Positions 9,804 to 19,448 of a stretch of DNA of 64,000 bases are shown one piece after another. Both the position numbers and the translations under genes were made by a program. Below the pieces are notes generated by a model. The model was not told the origin of the DNA, searched no databases, and saw only the letters and a program-made list of their open reading frames with translations. This stretch comes from an uncultured Verrucomicrobiota bacterium. GTDB lineage: Bacteria > Verrucomicrobiota > Verrucomicrobiia > Limisphaerales > UBA9464. Numbering within the stretch: position 1 is the first letter of the stretch; every line of letters begins with the position of its first letter. The DNA lies in NCBI GenBank assembly GCA_903907925.1, contig CAIVQB010000143.1:7154-71153 (forward strand), in the 5' to 3' direction.

Positions 9804-9824
9804 GTCGGCACTTCACCTGCAGCG

Positions 9825-10418
9825 ATGGAAGCCCTGGCACGACATCCGGAGGTGGCAGTGTTGCTCGAACGGTTCGAGACCGAACCCGGCCATGTCCTCC
9901 ACGTGGCGGCATTGGCGGATCAACTGGCACTCACCGGCCTGATGTTGGCCGGGCAGGATCCATCCGACCGAGGATTGCTCCAGGTGGCGGCGCTATTGCA
10001 TGACATCGGTTGGGCCGTTGTTCCACCCGATGGCAAAGGGCACCACAAGGAATCGGCGCGGCTAATCCGTGAGTTCCCGTGGACGTCGCTGGACCCGGTT
10101 GAAGTCGAGCTGGTGGCCTTGACGGCCCGCTACCATCGCAAGGCGCTTCCGTCCGCGGATCACGGCGACTACGCCCGTCTCACCCCGGACGACCAACGAC
10201 GCGTGCGCCGGATGGCCGCCCTTTTGCGCGTCGCGGATGCCCTTGATCGACGCCATATCCAACGGGTGGATCGGGTCAGTCTTTTCGCATTGACCGACGG
10301 CCTGCAAATCCGGGTTCACAGCACCGATGAAATCGGAGCGGAACTGGCCGCCGCGGAAAAGAAGGGCGACCTGCTCCGCCTGGAAAGCCCCGGCCCTGTG
10401 AGCTTCATCGCGGGATAG
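9825..10418 (+). CDS. HD-domain protein resembling the C-terminal domain III of Ppx/GppA
   Basis: 197 aa with AALLHDIGWAV...GKGHHKESARLI...LTARYHRKAL, the HD/HHK/YHRK pattern seen in the helical HD domain of long Ppx/GppA enzymes. Confidence 0.75.
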   Translation: MEALARHPEVAVLLERFETEPGHVLHVAALADQLALTGLMLAGQDPSDRGLLQVAALLHDIGWAVVPPDGKGHHKESARLIREFPWTSLDPVEVELVALTARYHRKALPSADHGDYARLTPDDQRRVRRMAALLRVADALDRRHIQRVDRVSLFALTDGLQIRVHSTDEIGAELAAAEKKGDLLRLESPGPVSFIAG

Positions 10419-10431
10419 TCCCGCAACCTGT

Positions 10432-10587
10432 GGAGTGCGGCGGGAAGCGGAGCGCCACGCCGCTATGTAACCTGTGGCTTCCAGAACAGATGCAAACCTC
10501 GGCCGGGCGTGGTGAATGGATCCGCACCTTGCGATTCGATGTCCCGTTCCACAGCGGTGTCGACGCTTCGCTCTGCCCCCGCATTCC
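10432..10587. repeat. REP-like inverted pair of a ~34-nt GC-rich motif
   Basis: GGAGTGCGGCGGGAAGCGGAGCGCCACGCCGCT (10432-10464) is similar to the reverse complement of 10553-10587 (GGAATGCGGGGGCAGAGCGAAGCGTCGACACCGCT). The first arm is flanked by the 9-bp direct repeat AACCTGTGG (10425-10433 and 10469-10477). Confidence 0.6.
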
Positions 10588-10647
10588 AAAACCAGGCACC
10601 CAATGCCGCCTCTTTCCTTCCGCTGTCCTCCACGCCATGCTCCGCCC

Positions 10648-11133
10648 ATGCCAAGCTTCGACATCGTTTCAAAAGTCAATTCGATGGAAGTCGAAAACGC
10701 CGTGAATCAGGCGCAGAAGGAACTCGCCACCCGGTTCGATTTCAAAGGGTCCGGCGCCGAAATCGTCCTCGAAAAGAACGAGATCAAGTTGAAGGCGCTG
10801 GACAGCTTCAAGATCAAGGCGCTCGAGGAAATCGTCGTGGCCAAGCTGGCCAAGCGCGGCATCAGCATGAAGAGCATCGACCGGCAGGAGGCCGAACTCT
10901 CCCCGCTGGGTCACGCCCGCCAGTCGATCAAGATCAAGCAGGGCATCGACGGTCCCACCGCCAAGCAGATCAGCCAGTTCATCCGCGACAGCAAGCTCAA
11001 GGTGACCGCCGCGATTCAGGGCGACGAACTCCGGGTCACCGGCAAGAACCGGGATGATCTTCAGGAAGTCATCGCCGCCGTCCGGAACCACGACTTCCCG
11101 GTCGCGGTCGGCTTCGTCAATTTTCGGGACTGA
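10648..11133 (+). CDS. yajQ: YajQ family nucleotide/c-di-GMP-binding protein (UPF0234)
   Basis: ATG at 10648 gives MPSFDIVSKVNSMEVENAVNQAQKELATRFDFKG, the characteristic YajQ N-terminus. 161 aa. Confidence 0.9.
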   Translation: MPSFDIVSKVNSMEVENAVNQAQKELATRFDFKGSGAEIVLEKNEIKLKALDSFKIKALEEIVVAKLAKRGISMKSIDRQEAELSPLGHARQSIKIKQGIDGPTAKQISQFIRDSKLKVTAAIQGDELRVTGKNRDDLQEVIAAVRNHDFPVAVGFVNFRD

Positions 11134-12442
11134 CCACCACGTCACCGCGGTACGACTCGGCCAGAAGCGTCACCGGATGGACGATCCGAAGGTCGACACC
11201 GCGCTGCTTGCAGCCGGTCACCAATTGCAACAGACAGCCGGGATTGCCTGTCGCGACCACCGTTGCTCCGGTGGAAATCACGTGGTTCATTTTCCGATCC
11301 AGCAACTGACCGGCCATCTCCGGCTGGGTCAGGTTGTAAATGCCGGCGCTCCCGCAACACCACGTCGATTCCGGAAGCTCCACCAGCTTCAGTCCGGGAA
11401 TCGCCTTCAACAACTGGCGAGGTTGAGCGGTCACTTTCTGTCCGTGACACAAATGGCAGGACTCATGGTAGGTCACCACCGAGGTCGGCTGTCCGGCCGC
11501 GGCCACCGGAGGGGTGATGCCGATCTGCATCAGCCATTCGTGGATGTCCTTCACCTTGCGGTCCCATTCCTGGGCTCGGGTGAGATAGGTCGAATCCTCG
11601 GCCAAAAGATGGGAGTAGTGCTTGAGATGCGACCCGCAGCCACCGGCATTGGTGATGATGGCGTCGAACTGGTCCGGCGGAAACTGGTCGATGTTCCGGC
11701 GGGCCAACACCTGCGCCAGACCCCATTCACCGTTGTGAGCGTGAAGGGAGCCGCAGCAGTTCTGATCGGCCGGCGTCACCACTTCGCATCCGTTCCGCGC
11801 CAGCACCTCGACCGTGTCGCGATTGACGGTGGCAAAGGTGAGATCCTGGGCGCAGCCGGTGAGCATCGCGACGCGGTATCGGCGGGCGCCGGCGGGCGGC
11901 GTCACCGGTTCGATGAGATCCGACGAAAAGGCTTCCTCGACCGTCGGCGTCATCGCCTCCAATTCCTGCAGACGTTTGGGAAGAAATCGGAGAACGCCGC
12001 TGTTCCGCAACGCCGCTTGAAGCCCGGTCGACTGCCACAACCGCATGCCGAGGCCGAGCAATTTGAGCCGCTGGAGATCGTCGAACAACCAGCGGAGGGT
12101 GAAGGCCCGGATCAGTGAACGCTTCGGCGAGGCAAGTTTGCCGGAACGTTCCGCCTCGGCACGGGCGTGTTCGAAGAGCTCGGCATAGTTGACCCCGGCG
12201 GGACACGCCGTCATGCAGGCCAGACATCCGAGGCAGAAATACATCTCGTCGGCGAAAACCTTCGACGGCTCCAGGCGGTCATCGGCGATGGCCCGCATCA
12301 GGGCGATGCGGCCGCGCGGCGAATTCCGCTCCAGCTTGGTTGCGTCGTAGGTGGGACAGGTCGGCAGGCACAAGCCGCAGTGCATGCATTGCTGCACCAC
12401 CGAGTAGTCGAGGTTCTTGAGAAATGAGGGGGACGCCTTCAT
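11117..12442 (-). CDS. (Fe-S)-binding oxidoreductase subunit, GlcF / heterodisulfide-reductase-like
   Basis: Two 4Fe-4S ferredoxin motifs (CMHCGLCLPTCP, CLGCLACMTACP) followed by cysteine-rich CCG-type repeats (CCGS...). I took the start at MKASPSF (12442); the upstream in-frame start at 12502 is also possible. Confidence 0.8.
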   Translation of the reverse strand: MKASPSFLKNLDYSVVQQCMHCGLCLPTCPTYDATKLERNSPRGRIALMRAIADDRLEPSKVFADEMYFCLGCLACMTACPAGVNYAELFEHARAEAERSGKLASPKRSLIRAFTLRWLFDDLQRLKLLGLGMRLWQSTGLQAALRNSGVLRFLPKRLQELEAMTPTVEEAFSSDLIEPVTPPAGARRYRVAMLTGCAQDLTFATVNRDTVEVLARNGCEVVTPADQNCCGSLHAHNGEWGLAQVLARRNIDQFPPDQFDAIITNAGGCGSHLKHYSHLLAEDSTYLTRAQEWDRKVKDIHEWLMQIGITPPVAAAGQPTSVVTYHESCHLCHGQKVTAQPRQLLKAIPGLKLVELPESTWCCGSAGIYNLTQPEMAGQLLDRKMNHVISTGATVVATGNPGCLLQLVTGCKQRGVDLRIVHPVTLLAESYRGDVVVSPEN

Positions 12443-12567
12443 CCGGACGGTTTGCGTGACACGGCGGATCAAACCGGCAACCCCGGGTCGACTGAAAGCC
12501 AATTCGCATCGATCAAATTTCCTCCTTTCCCCGGGACGCCCGTCACCGCTCCATTCGCAGGCTTCCA

Positions 12568-15500
12568 GTGAGTTTTCATCTCCACACCAGCAACCGGCTC
12601 GACCGGCTCGCCCAACAGCTCGCGGAGATCCTCCGCATCCCGCAAGCCTCCCCGTTCACGCCGGAGACTGTCGTGGTGCAGAGCCTCGGGATGAGCCGCT
12701 GGCTGAAGCTGGAACTCGCCCGCCATCTTGGGATCTGCGCCCACGTCGCGTTTCCCTTCCCGCGCGCCTTCATCGACCAATTGCATCACGATCTCGTTCC
12801 CGACCCACTCAACGGCGATCTCCTGAGCCGGGAAACGATGCAATGGCGCCTGTTTGGTCTGCTCGGCTCTCTTTCGGATTCCGCAATCTTCTCCGAGCCG
12901 CGCCGGTATGTGGAGGGTGGCGACGCACGAAAACGGCTCCAACTGGCGACACGGGTGGCTCATCTGTTCGATCAATACCTCGTCTTCCGTCCCGACCTGA
13001 TCGAGCGGTGGGATTCGAACAGGGTTGAGTCCGACAATCCGACGAAACAACCGACTCCAGGCGAACGCTGGCAGTCGGAGCTCTGGCGGATGATGACCGC
13101 CGGCACAACCGCACGGCATCCCGCACGGAGGCACGCCGATCTGCTCCAGCGCCTGTCCACACCACCACCTCCGTCACTGCCTTCCCGCATCGCGGTGTTT
13201 GGCGTTTCGGCCCTTCCGCCGGTTTATCTGGATCTGTTCGCTGCTCTGGCGGAAACGATCGAGGTTCATTGTTTCCTCCTGCAACCGTGCGCGGAGTGGT
13301 GGGGTGATATCGTCACCGGACGGGAAACCGAACGCACGCTGCGGCGGATGGGTCGGCGGGCCGGCGATGCGGCGGAGGTTCACCTCGAACCAGGTCATCG
13401 ATTGCTGGGATCTCTGGGCACCCTGGGTCGCGATTTTCTTAAGCTGCTGTACGAACACACCAACCCGATTGAAGTCGCCGACTTTGCCGCACCCTCCGGC
13501 GACTCGCTGCTCCACCAGCTCCAACGCGATCTTCTCGAACTCAAGGACGGCAACCCGGGTGCGCGTCGGATCGTTGCCGCCGGAGACGATTCGATACGGC
13601 TCCATGTCTGCCATAGTCCGCTGCGGGAACTGGAGGTTCTGCACGACCACCTGCTCGACTGGTTCCAGCGGGATCCCACGCTGACCCCGCGGGACGTCCT
13701 CGTGATGGCACCCGATCTGGCGACCTATTCTCCGTTGGTGCACGCCGTCTTCGATGCGCCCGGTGAGGAGAATCAACGCATTCCCTACAGCCTTGCCGAT
13801 CAGGGACCGCTCCACACCGGCGGCATTTCTGAAACCTTCCTGAACCTGTTACGGCTCGCAAAAGGTCGTCTTGGTGTCACCGCCGTACTGGACCTGCTCG
13901 AATGCGCGGCGGTTCGCCAGCGCTTCGGTTTCGCCGAGGGCGATCTCCCGGTGCTGCGCCATTGGGTGACCGAGACGCGCATCCACTGGGGACGCGACGC
14001 GGCACATCGCGCCACATTCGGTCAGCCCGCCACCGACGCCCACACCTGGCGCGCGGGGCTGCAACGCCTGCTGCTCGGTCATGCGATGTCCGACGACGAC
14101 CAGCGCCTGTTTCAAGGGATCCTGCCCTTTCCCGACATTGAAGGTTCGATCGCCCAAACGCTGGGTCAGTTCGCGGGATTCATCGAACAACTCACCCGCA
14201 CGATCACGCAACTGGAGCAGCAGTATTCTCCCAGCGACTGGGTTCCGGTGCTGCTCGCCGTCGTCGACGCCTTCTTTTCAGCCGAATCCAACCAGGAAGA
14301 GGAACTCAAACAGCTCCGGCGACGTCTGGACGAACTTCGCCGACCGGCACTGGCCGCGGGAATCGCGGAACCGATCGATCTCGCCCTGCTGCTCGATCCG
14401 CTCACTGCGGCACTGGATGAGGATCTTCACGGGGCCGGCTTTCTGACCGGCGGCGTCACCTTCTGCGCCCTGAAACCGATGCGCAGCATTCCGTTCCGGG
14501 TGATCTGCCTGCTGGGCATGAACGACGGAGCCTTTCCGCGCGTTTCGCCGCACCTGAGTCTCGATCTGATGGCGGCGGATCCGCGTCTCGGCGATCGTTC
14601 CACCCGGGACGACGACCGCTACCTGTTCCTGGAAACGGTGATCAGCGCCCGCGATCGACTGCATCTCAGCCACGTCGGTCAGAGCCAGCGTGACAACCGT
14701 CCGATCCCGCCCAGCGTGGTCGTCAGCGAAGTGTTCGATCACCTGGATGAGGTCTTTGCGCCCGCGGAGTCCGCTGAAAAGATCAGTGAGGCCGCCCTGA
14801 TCGTGCGCCACCGTCTCCATGCGTTCAGTCCGGCCTATTTCACGTCGGACCCCGGGTCCGCATTGTTCTCCTATTCCTCAGAAAACAGCGCGACCGCCAC
14901 TCACGCCCTGGCGGCGCGGTTGGATGCCCTGCCCTTTCTTCCACAAGCCCTGCCCGAACCCGGACCGGAACGCCGGCAGGTGACGTTGAAGCAGCTCGCC
15001 GATTTTCTCTGTCATCCCGCGCGGTTTCTACTGCGGGAACGCCTCCAGATCGAACTGCCGCGTTCCACCGAAACCCTCGATGACGACGAACCTCTTTCCC
15101 TGGATGCGCGCGAGTCCTACAACCTGAAGCAGGACCTGGTCGCCTGGCGGCTCAAGGGCGGTGATTCGGCGGCGTTTGGCGCTGTGCTGACTGCGGAAGG
15201 CCGCCTCGCCCCCGGTCAACCGGGCGTGATGGAATTCCGCGATCTACGCGATGCCGCCGACCAATTCCGAAACCGGCTCGGTGAGATCCATCCCGGTGCG
15301 CCCGTTCGGGTTGACCTTGCGCTGGGCGACTTCCAACTGACAGGTCGGCTGGTTCCACAACGCAATGCCGGACTTCTCCACTACCGCTGCGCGACCCTCA
15401 AAGCTGCGGACCGCCTCCGTCTCTGGGTCGAACACCTCGCCTGGAATCTCACCGCCCTCTCCGAATCTTCGCTCGTCACTTCAACTCTGGTCGCCGAGGA

Positions 15501-15855
15501 TGTTCGACTCGTCTTTCGGCCCGTACCCGGGGCCAGCCGGTATCTTCAGGCGCTTCTCGACCTCTATTGGCGCGGCTTGCAAAGTCCGCTCCGATTTTTC
15601 CCCCGCACCGCGCTGGCCTTCATCGAGGCTGAACGAAAAGCCGCGGCTGGCGGGTCCCGTTCCAAGAAGACGCCATTGGAAATCGCGCGACCTCACTGGA
15701 TCGGCAGCGAGCTCAGTTCCATGCCCGCGGAAGGCGACGACGCCTGGTTCCGGCTCTGTTTCCGCCAGGAGGCCGATCCCCTCACCGATGAGTTCCAATC
15801 CCTGGCACGGGCCGTGTTCGGGCCGTTGCTGGATCATTGCGGGGAGGCGTCATGA
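12568..15855 (+). CDS. recC: Exodeoxyribonuclease V gamma subunit RecC
   Basis: 1095 aa with a GTG start. N-terminus SFHLHTSNRLDRLAQQL is RecC-like, and it heads a recC-recB-recD operon. Confidence 0.9.
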   Translation: MSFHLHTSNRLDRLAQQLAEILRIPQASPFTPETVVVQSLGMSRWLKLELARHLGICAHVAFPFPRAFIDQLHHDLVPDPLNGDLLSRETMQWRLFGLLGSLSDSAIFSEPRRYVEGGDARKRLQLATRVAHLFDQYLVFRPDLIERWDSNRVESDNPTKQPTPGERWQSELWRMMTAGTTARHPARRHADLLQRLSTPPPPSLPSRIAVFGVSALPPVYLDLFAALAETIEVHCFLLQPCAEWWGDIVTGRETERTLRRMGRRAGDAAEVHLEPGHRLLGSLGTLGRDFLKLLYEHTNPIEVADFAAPSGDSLLHQLQRDLLELKDGNPGARRIVAAGDDSIRLHVCHSPLRELEVLHDHLLDWFQRDPTLTPRDVLVMAPDLATYSPLVHAVFDAPGEENQRIPYSLADQGPLHTGGISETFLNLLRLAKGRLGVTAVLDLLECAAVRQRFGFAEGDLPVLRHWVTETRIHWGRDAAHRATFGQPATDAHTWRAGLQRLLLGHAMSDDDQRLFQGILPFPDIEGSIAQTLGQFAGFIEQLTRTITQLEQQYSPSDWVPVLLAVVDAFFSAESNQEEELKQLRRRLDELRRPALAAGIAEPIDLALLLDPLTAALDEDLHGAGFLTGGVTFCALKPMRSIPFRVICLLGMNDGAFPRVSPHLSLDLMAADPRLGDRSTRDDDRYLFLETVISARDRLHLSHVGQSQRDNRPIPPSVVVSEVFDHLDEVFAPAESAEKISEAALIVRHRLHAFSPAYFTSDPGSALFSYSSENSATATHALAARLDALPFLPQALPEPGPERRQVTLKQLADFLCHPARFLLRERLQIELPRSTETLDDDEPLSLDARESYNLKQDLVAWRLKGGDSAAFGAVLTAEGRLAPGQPGVMEFRDLRDAADQFRNRLGEIHPGAPVRVDLALGDFQLTGRLVPQRNAGLLHYRCATLKAADRLRLWVEHLAWNLTALSESSLVTSTLVAEDVRLVFRPVPGASRYLQALLDLYWRGLQSPLRFFPRTALAFIEAERKAAAGGSRSKKTPLEIARPHWIGSELSSMPAEGDDAWFRLCFRQEADPLTDEFQSLARAVFGPLLDHCGEAS

Positions 15856-18800
15856 CTCCGTCGCTCTTCCATCTTCCCACCACTCCATTGCCGCTCGGCC
15901 CGACGGTGATTGAGGCGAGTGCCGGTACTGGGAAAACCTTCACCCTCGCCGGATTGTTCCTCCGGCTGCTGCTCGAACACGGACTATCGCACCGCTCCAT
16001 TCTCATCGTCACCTACACCGAGGCGGCGACCGAAGAACTCCGCGGCCGGCTCCGGGCGCGGCTCGTCGAGGCCGATGCCGCCTTCGCCACTGATTCGGAA
16101 TCGAGTGATCCACTTTTCAGGGAATTGCAACGCCGGTTGGTGGTGAACGATCCGGGGCTGGTCCACGCCCGCGCCACCCTGCAACAGGCATTGACCCATT
16201 TCGACGAGACGCCCGTTCGGACGATCCATGGGTTCTGCCAGCGGGTGTTGCGCGACCACGCCTTCGAGAGCGGGAGTTTCTTCGACATGGAATTGGTGAC
16301 CGACCCCAGACCGCTTCTGGACGAGGTGGTCGCGGATTGGTGGCGCAGCCGTTTCGACACGGCCACCGACGCTGAAACGGGGTTCGCCCTCACCGCTGGA
16401 CTCACACCGAATCGCCTCATTCGAATGCTCGGGGAAACACAGCGGCATCCGGGCATTGAACTGCACGCCTGTGTCACGCCCGGGGAGTTGCCGCGGCTCC
16501 GCACCGTCCTGGTCGATCGATTCGCCGCCGCTGCCGAAACATGGCGTCGGGAGTCTGGAACGATTCGTTCCTTTTTCGGAACCGGAATCACCTGGGGCAA
16601 CAGGCCCTACAATCTTTCGACCGAAATGGACTCCCGGTTTGCCCAACTGGAGTCCTGCTTTGGCGGCACTGCGGGCAGTGAGGATTTTCGCGTCTTCAAC
16701 GACTTCACCCCGACGACATTGGAATCTCGCCGGAACCAGAAACGGAAGAATCAGATCGTTCCCTCCCATCCTTTCTTCGACCAGTGCGCCGCATTGATCG
16801 ATCTCCAGCGCCAACTACACGCCTCCTGGCAGCTCGATTTCAACGCCTGGGCCACGCTCGAACTGCAACGCCGCAAACAGGAACGCAAGGTCCAGTCGTT
16901 CGACGACCTGCTGACCCGACTGGATTCCGCCCTGACCGGCGAAGGTGGAGAGACCCTCGCTTCGACAATGCGCGGCCTGTATTCCGCGGCGCTGATCGAC
17001 GAATTCCAGGACACCGACCCCGTCCAGTGGCGCATCTTTCGGCGGCTGTTTGGCGCGGCCGATCAACGCCTGTTTCTCATCGGCGATCCCAAGCAGGCGA
17101 TCTACGGATTCCGCGGAGCCGACGTGTTTACCTACCTCGATGCCGCCGCCGGTGCGGCCCACGCTCATACGCTCGGCACGAACTGGCGTTCGGAATCCGG
17201 ATTGGTGACGGCGGTGAACGGACTGTTTCAACCCCATCCGTGTCCGTTCGTGGTCGGTGAAATCGCCTTTCGCGCCGTGGCTTCCGGAGGCCGGGCGGAC
17301 GTCAATCCACTCGTTGAATCGGGCCACCGACTCCCACCGCTGCAGCTCTGGTTCTGGGCGGAAGAGGAACCGCTCTCCAAGACACGTGCCGAACCGCAAT
17401 TGGCGGAAATGACGGCCACGGAAATCGTCCGTCTACTCGCACCCGCCACGAATACACGGATCGGCACGCGCACCCTCCGGCCGGGCGACATCGCGGTGTT
17501 GGTGGAGAATCATCGGCAGGCGGAACACGTCGCGGCGGCCCTGCGACAGCGCGGAGTTCCAAGCGTTCAACAAATCCAGCGGGGCATTTTTGCCAGCGAT
17601 GAGGCGGCGGAATTGACAACGTTGCTGGCGGCAATTGCGGAACCGTCGGCCGGACGTCGCCTTCGCGCCGCGCTCGCCGGCTATATCCTCGGATTGGATG
17701 CGCCACGGATCGCCGCCCTCGACTTGGACGAAATGGGTTGGGTCGCCTGGATCGAACGCTTCCACGGCTGGCTGGAACGCTGGAACACCGCCGGTTTCTT
17801 GCCGATGTTCCGCGAGCTGTTGCAGTCCCAACAAGTCCGCCGTCGCTGGCTCTCGCGGACCGACGGCGAACGTCGCCTCACCAACCTGCTGCACCTCGCC
17901 GAGCTTTTGCAGGATGCCGCCATCAAGCGCCGGCTGGGTGTGAACGGGCTTCGCCAACATCTTGCCCACCGCTGCGCGAATGCCGCGGAGGCCGGTGACG
18001 AGGAATTGCTGCGCCTGGAGCGCGACGACAATGCCGTCCAGTTGGTCACCATTCATCGCAGCAAGGGTCTCGAGTATCCGGTGACCTTCTGTCCGTTCAC
18101 CTTCCGGCCGGCCGAATCCTCCCGATCGAATAGCTCGGAGGATCTGGTCCTCTGTCACAATCCTGCCGCTCGGGGTCAGATGATCGGTGACCTGGGCTCG
18201 TCCCAACGCGAGCTCCACGAGCGCCTCGCCGCCACCGAACGCCTGGCGGAAAACGTCCGACTGCTGTACGTGGCGCTGACCCGAGCGCGCAATCGCTGTT
18301 ACTTCGCTTGGGGCCATTTCAGGGATCTCACGACAGCCGCCGGCTGGTTGTTCTTCCGTCCATCCATCGACGGAACGATTGCCCCGCTGGAAGCGCTCTC
18401 GGCGGCGGCTGGTGACCGAACCGCAGACAGCACCCGGGCGGTTGTAGATCGATACGCTGGGGAATGTGATTCCGTCAGCGTTGGGCCGCCTCCGATTCCC
18501 AATGCGATTCAATTCTCCACCCGGGTCGAATTGGAATCCGCCCTCGTCGCGCGGCGATTCACTGCGACTCTTCAACAGGTGTGGCGCTCGGCCAGTTTCT
18601 CCTGGCTCACGGCAGGCCGGCGTGACGAGGAACCGGATTATGACGGCGAATCCGTGACTCAGCCCGACGAGGCCGCCACTCCCGAACCGGGCAGCATCCA
18701 TGCCTTCCCACGCGGCACCCGGGCGGGCGTCTGCCTGCATCAGGTGTTCGAACGGATTGATTTTGCCGGCAGGAATCCCGCGGATTGGGCCGCCACAATC

Positions 18801-19448
18801 GAACTGCAACTCCGTGAAAATGGGATCGATGAATCCTTCGCTCCGGCCGTGGAACAGATGGTGCAATGGACGTGCCACGCACCGCTGGAATCGGGGCCGG
18901 AATCGGGTTTCTGCCTGGCGGACACCGGCGCGACGGAACGCCTCGTCGAATTGGAATTCTGTTTTCCGCTGCACCGGGTGACGCCGGGAGACCTGCGGGG
19001 CGTGCTGGTGCGACACGGTGCCACTTTGCCATCGGGATTTCCGCACGCGCTGGAGCGACTGGAATTCAATCCGGTTGAGGGCGTTCTGCGCGGTTTTATC
19101 GATCTGGTGTTCCGCGCCCGCGGGCGCTGGTGGCTGGTGGATTGGAAATCGAACTGGCTGGGTCCGAGCAGCGAAGATTACACACCAGCGGCGGTGGCTT
19201 CAGAAATGGCCGCTCATCTCTATCCGCTCCAATACCTGCTCTACACCCTCGCCCTCGACCGCTGGCTTTCGCTGCGGGTGCCGGGGTATTCCTATGAGCG
19301 GGATTTCGGAGGCGTCCGGTACCTTTTTCTTCGCGGCATCGATCCCGACCGACCCGGGCACGGCATTTACTCCGACCGGCCCTCACCGGAACTCCTTCGA
19401 GATTTGGGTGACCTCCTGCTGATGCCCGCCACGGAGGCAACGCGATGA
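15852..19448 (+). CDS. recB: Exodeoxyribonuclease V beta subunit RecB (helicase-nuclease)
   Basis: ATGA overlap with the recC stop (ATG 15852). UvrD-type motifs EASAGTGKTFT, IDEFQDTDP and SIHRSKGLEYP-like (TIHRSKGLEYPV), plus the C-terminal PD-(D/E)XK nuclease motif GFIDLVFRARGRWWLVDWKSN. Confidence 0.92.
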   Translation: MTPSLFHLPTTPLPLGPTVIEASAGTGKTFTLAGLFLRLLLEHGLSHRSILIVTYTEAATEELRGRLRARLVEADAAFATDSESSDPLFRELQRRLVVNDPGLVHARATLQQALTHFDETPVRTIHGFCQRVLRDHAFESGSFFDMELVTDPRPLLDEVVADWWRSRFDTATDAETGFALTAGLTPNRLIRMLGETQRHPGIELHACVTPGELPRLRTVLVDRFAAAAETWRRESGTIRSFFGTGITWGNRPYNLSTEMDSRFAQLESCFGGTAGSEDFRVFNDFTPTTLESRRNQKRKNQIVPSHPFFDQCAALIDLQRQLHASWQLDFNAWATLELQRRKQERKVQSFDDLLTRLDSALTGEGGETLASTMRGLYSAALIDEFQDTDPVQWRIFRRLFGAADQRLFLIGDPKQAIYGFRGADVFTYLDAAAGAAHAHTLGTNWRSESGLVTAVNGLFQPHPCPFVVGEIAFRAVASGGRADVNPLVESGHRLPPLQLWFWAEEEPLSKTRAEPQLAEMTATEIVRLLAPATNTRIGTRTLRPGDIAVLVENHRQAEHVAAALRQRGVPSVQQIQRGIFASDEAAELTTLLAAIAEPSAGRRLRAALAGYILGLDAPRIAALDLDEMGWVAWIERFHGWLERWNTAGFLPMFRELLQSQQVRRRWLSRTDGERRLTNLLHLAELLQDAAIKRRLGVNGLRQHLAHRCANAAEAGDEELLRLERDDNAVQLVTIHRSKGLEYPVTFCPFTFRPAESSRSNSSEDLVLCHNPAARGQMIGDLGSSQRELHERLAATERLAENVRLLYVALTRARNRCYFAWGHFRDLTTAAGWLFFRPSIDGTIAPLEALSAAAGDRTADSTRAVVDRYAGECDSVSVGPPPIPNAIQFSTRVELESALVARRFTATLQQVWRSASFSWLTAGRRDEEPDYDGESVTQPDEAATPEPGSIHAFPRGTRAGVCLHQVFERIDFAGRNPADWAATIELQLRENGIDESFAPAVEQMVQWTCHAPLESGPESGFCLADTGATERLVELEFCFPLHRVTPGDLRGVLVRHGATLPSGFPHALERLEFNPVEGVLRGFIDLVFRARGRWWLVDWKSNWLGPSSEDYTPAAVASEMAAHLYPLQYLLYTLALDRWLSLRVPGYSYERDFGGVRYLFLRGIDPDRPGHGIYSDRPSPELLRDLGDLLLMPATEATR

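Noticed and set aside
17433-19046. 537-aa minus-strand ORF inside recB. Similar long antisense ORFs occur at 11054-12118, 25405-27150, 28951-30321, 30581-31873, 31870-32982, 37979-39364, 47199-47669 and 54847-56370.
   Set aside because: Each lies opposite a confidently identified gene (recB, glcF-like, SIS/FKBP, DUF58, batA, batB, oxidoreductase, aguA, EF-hand protein) and has Arg/Gly/Pro-rich composition typical of non-coding frames in GC-rich DNA.
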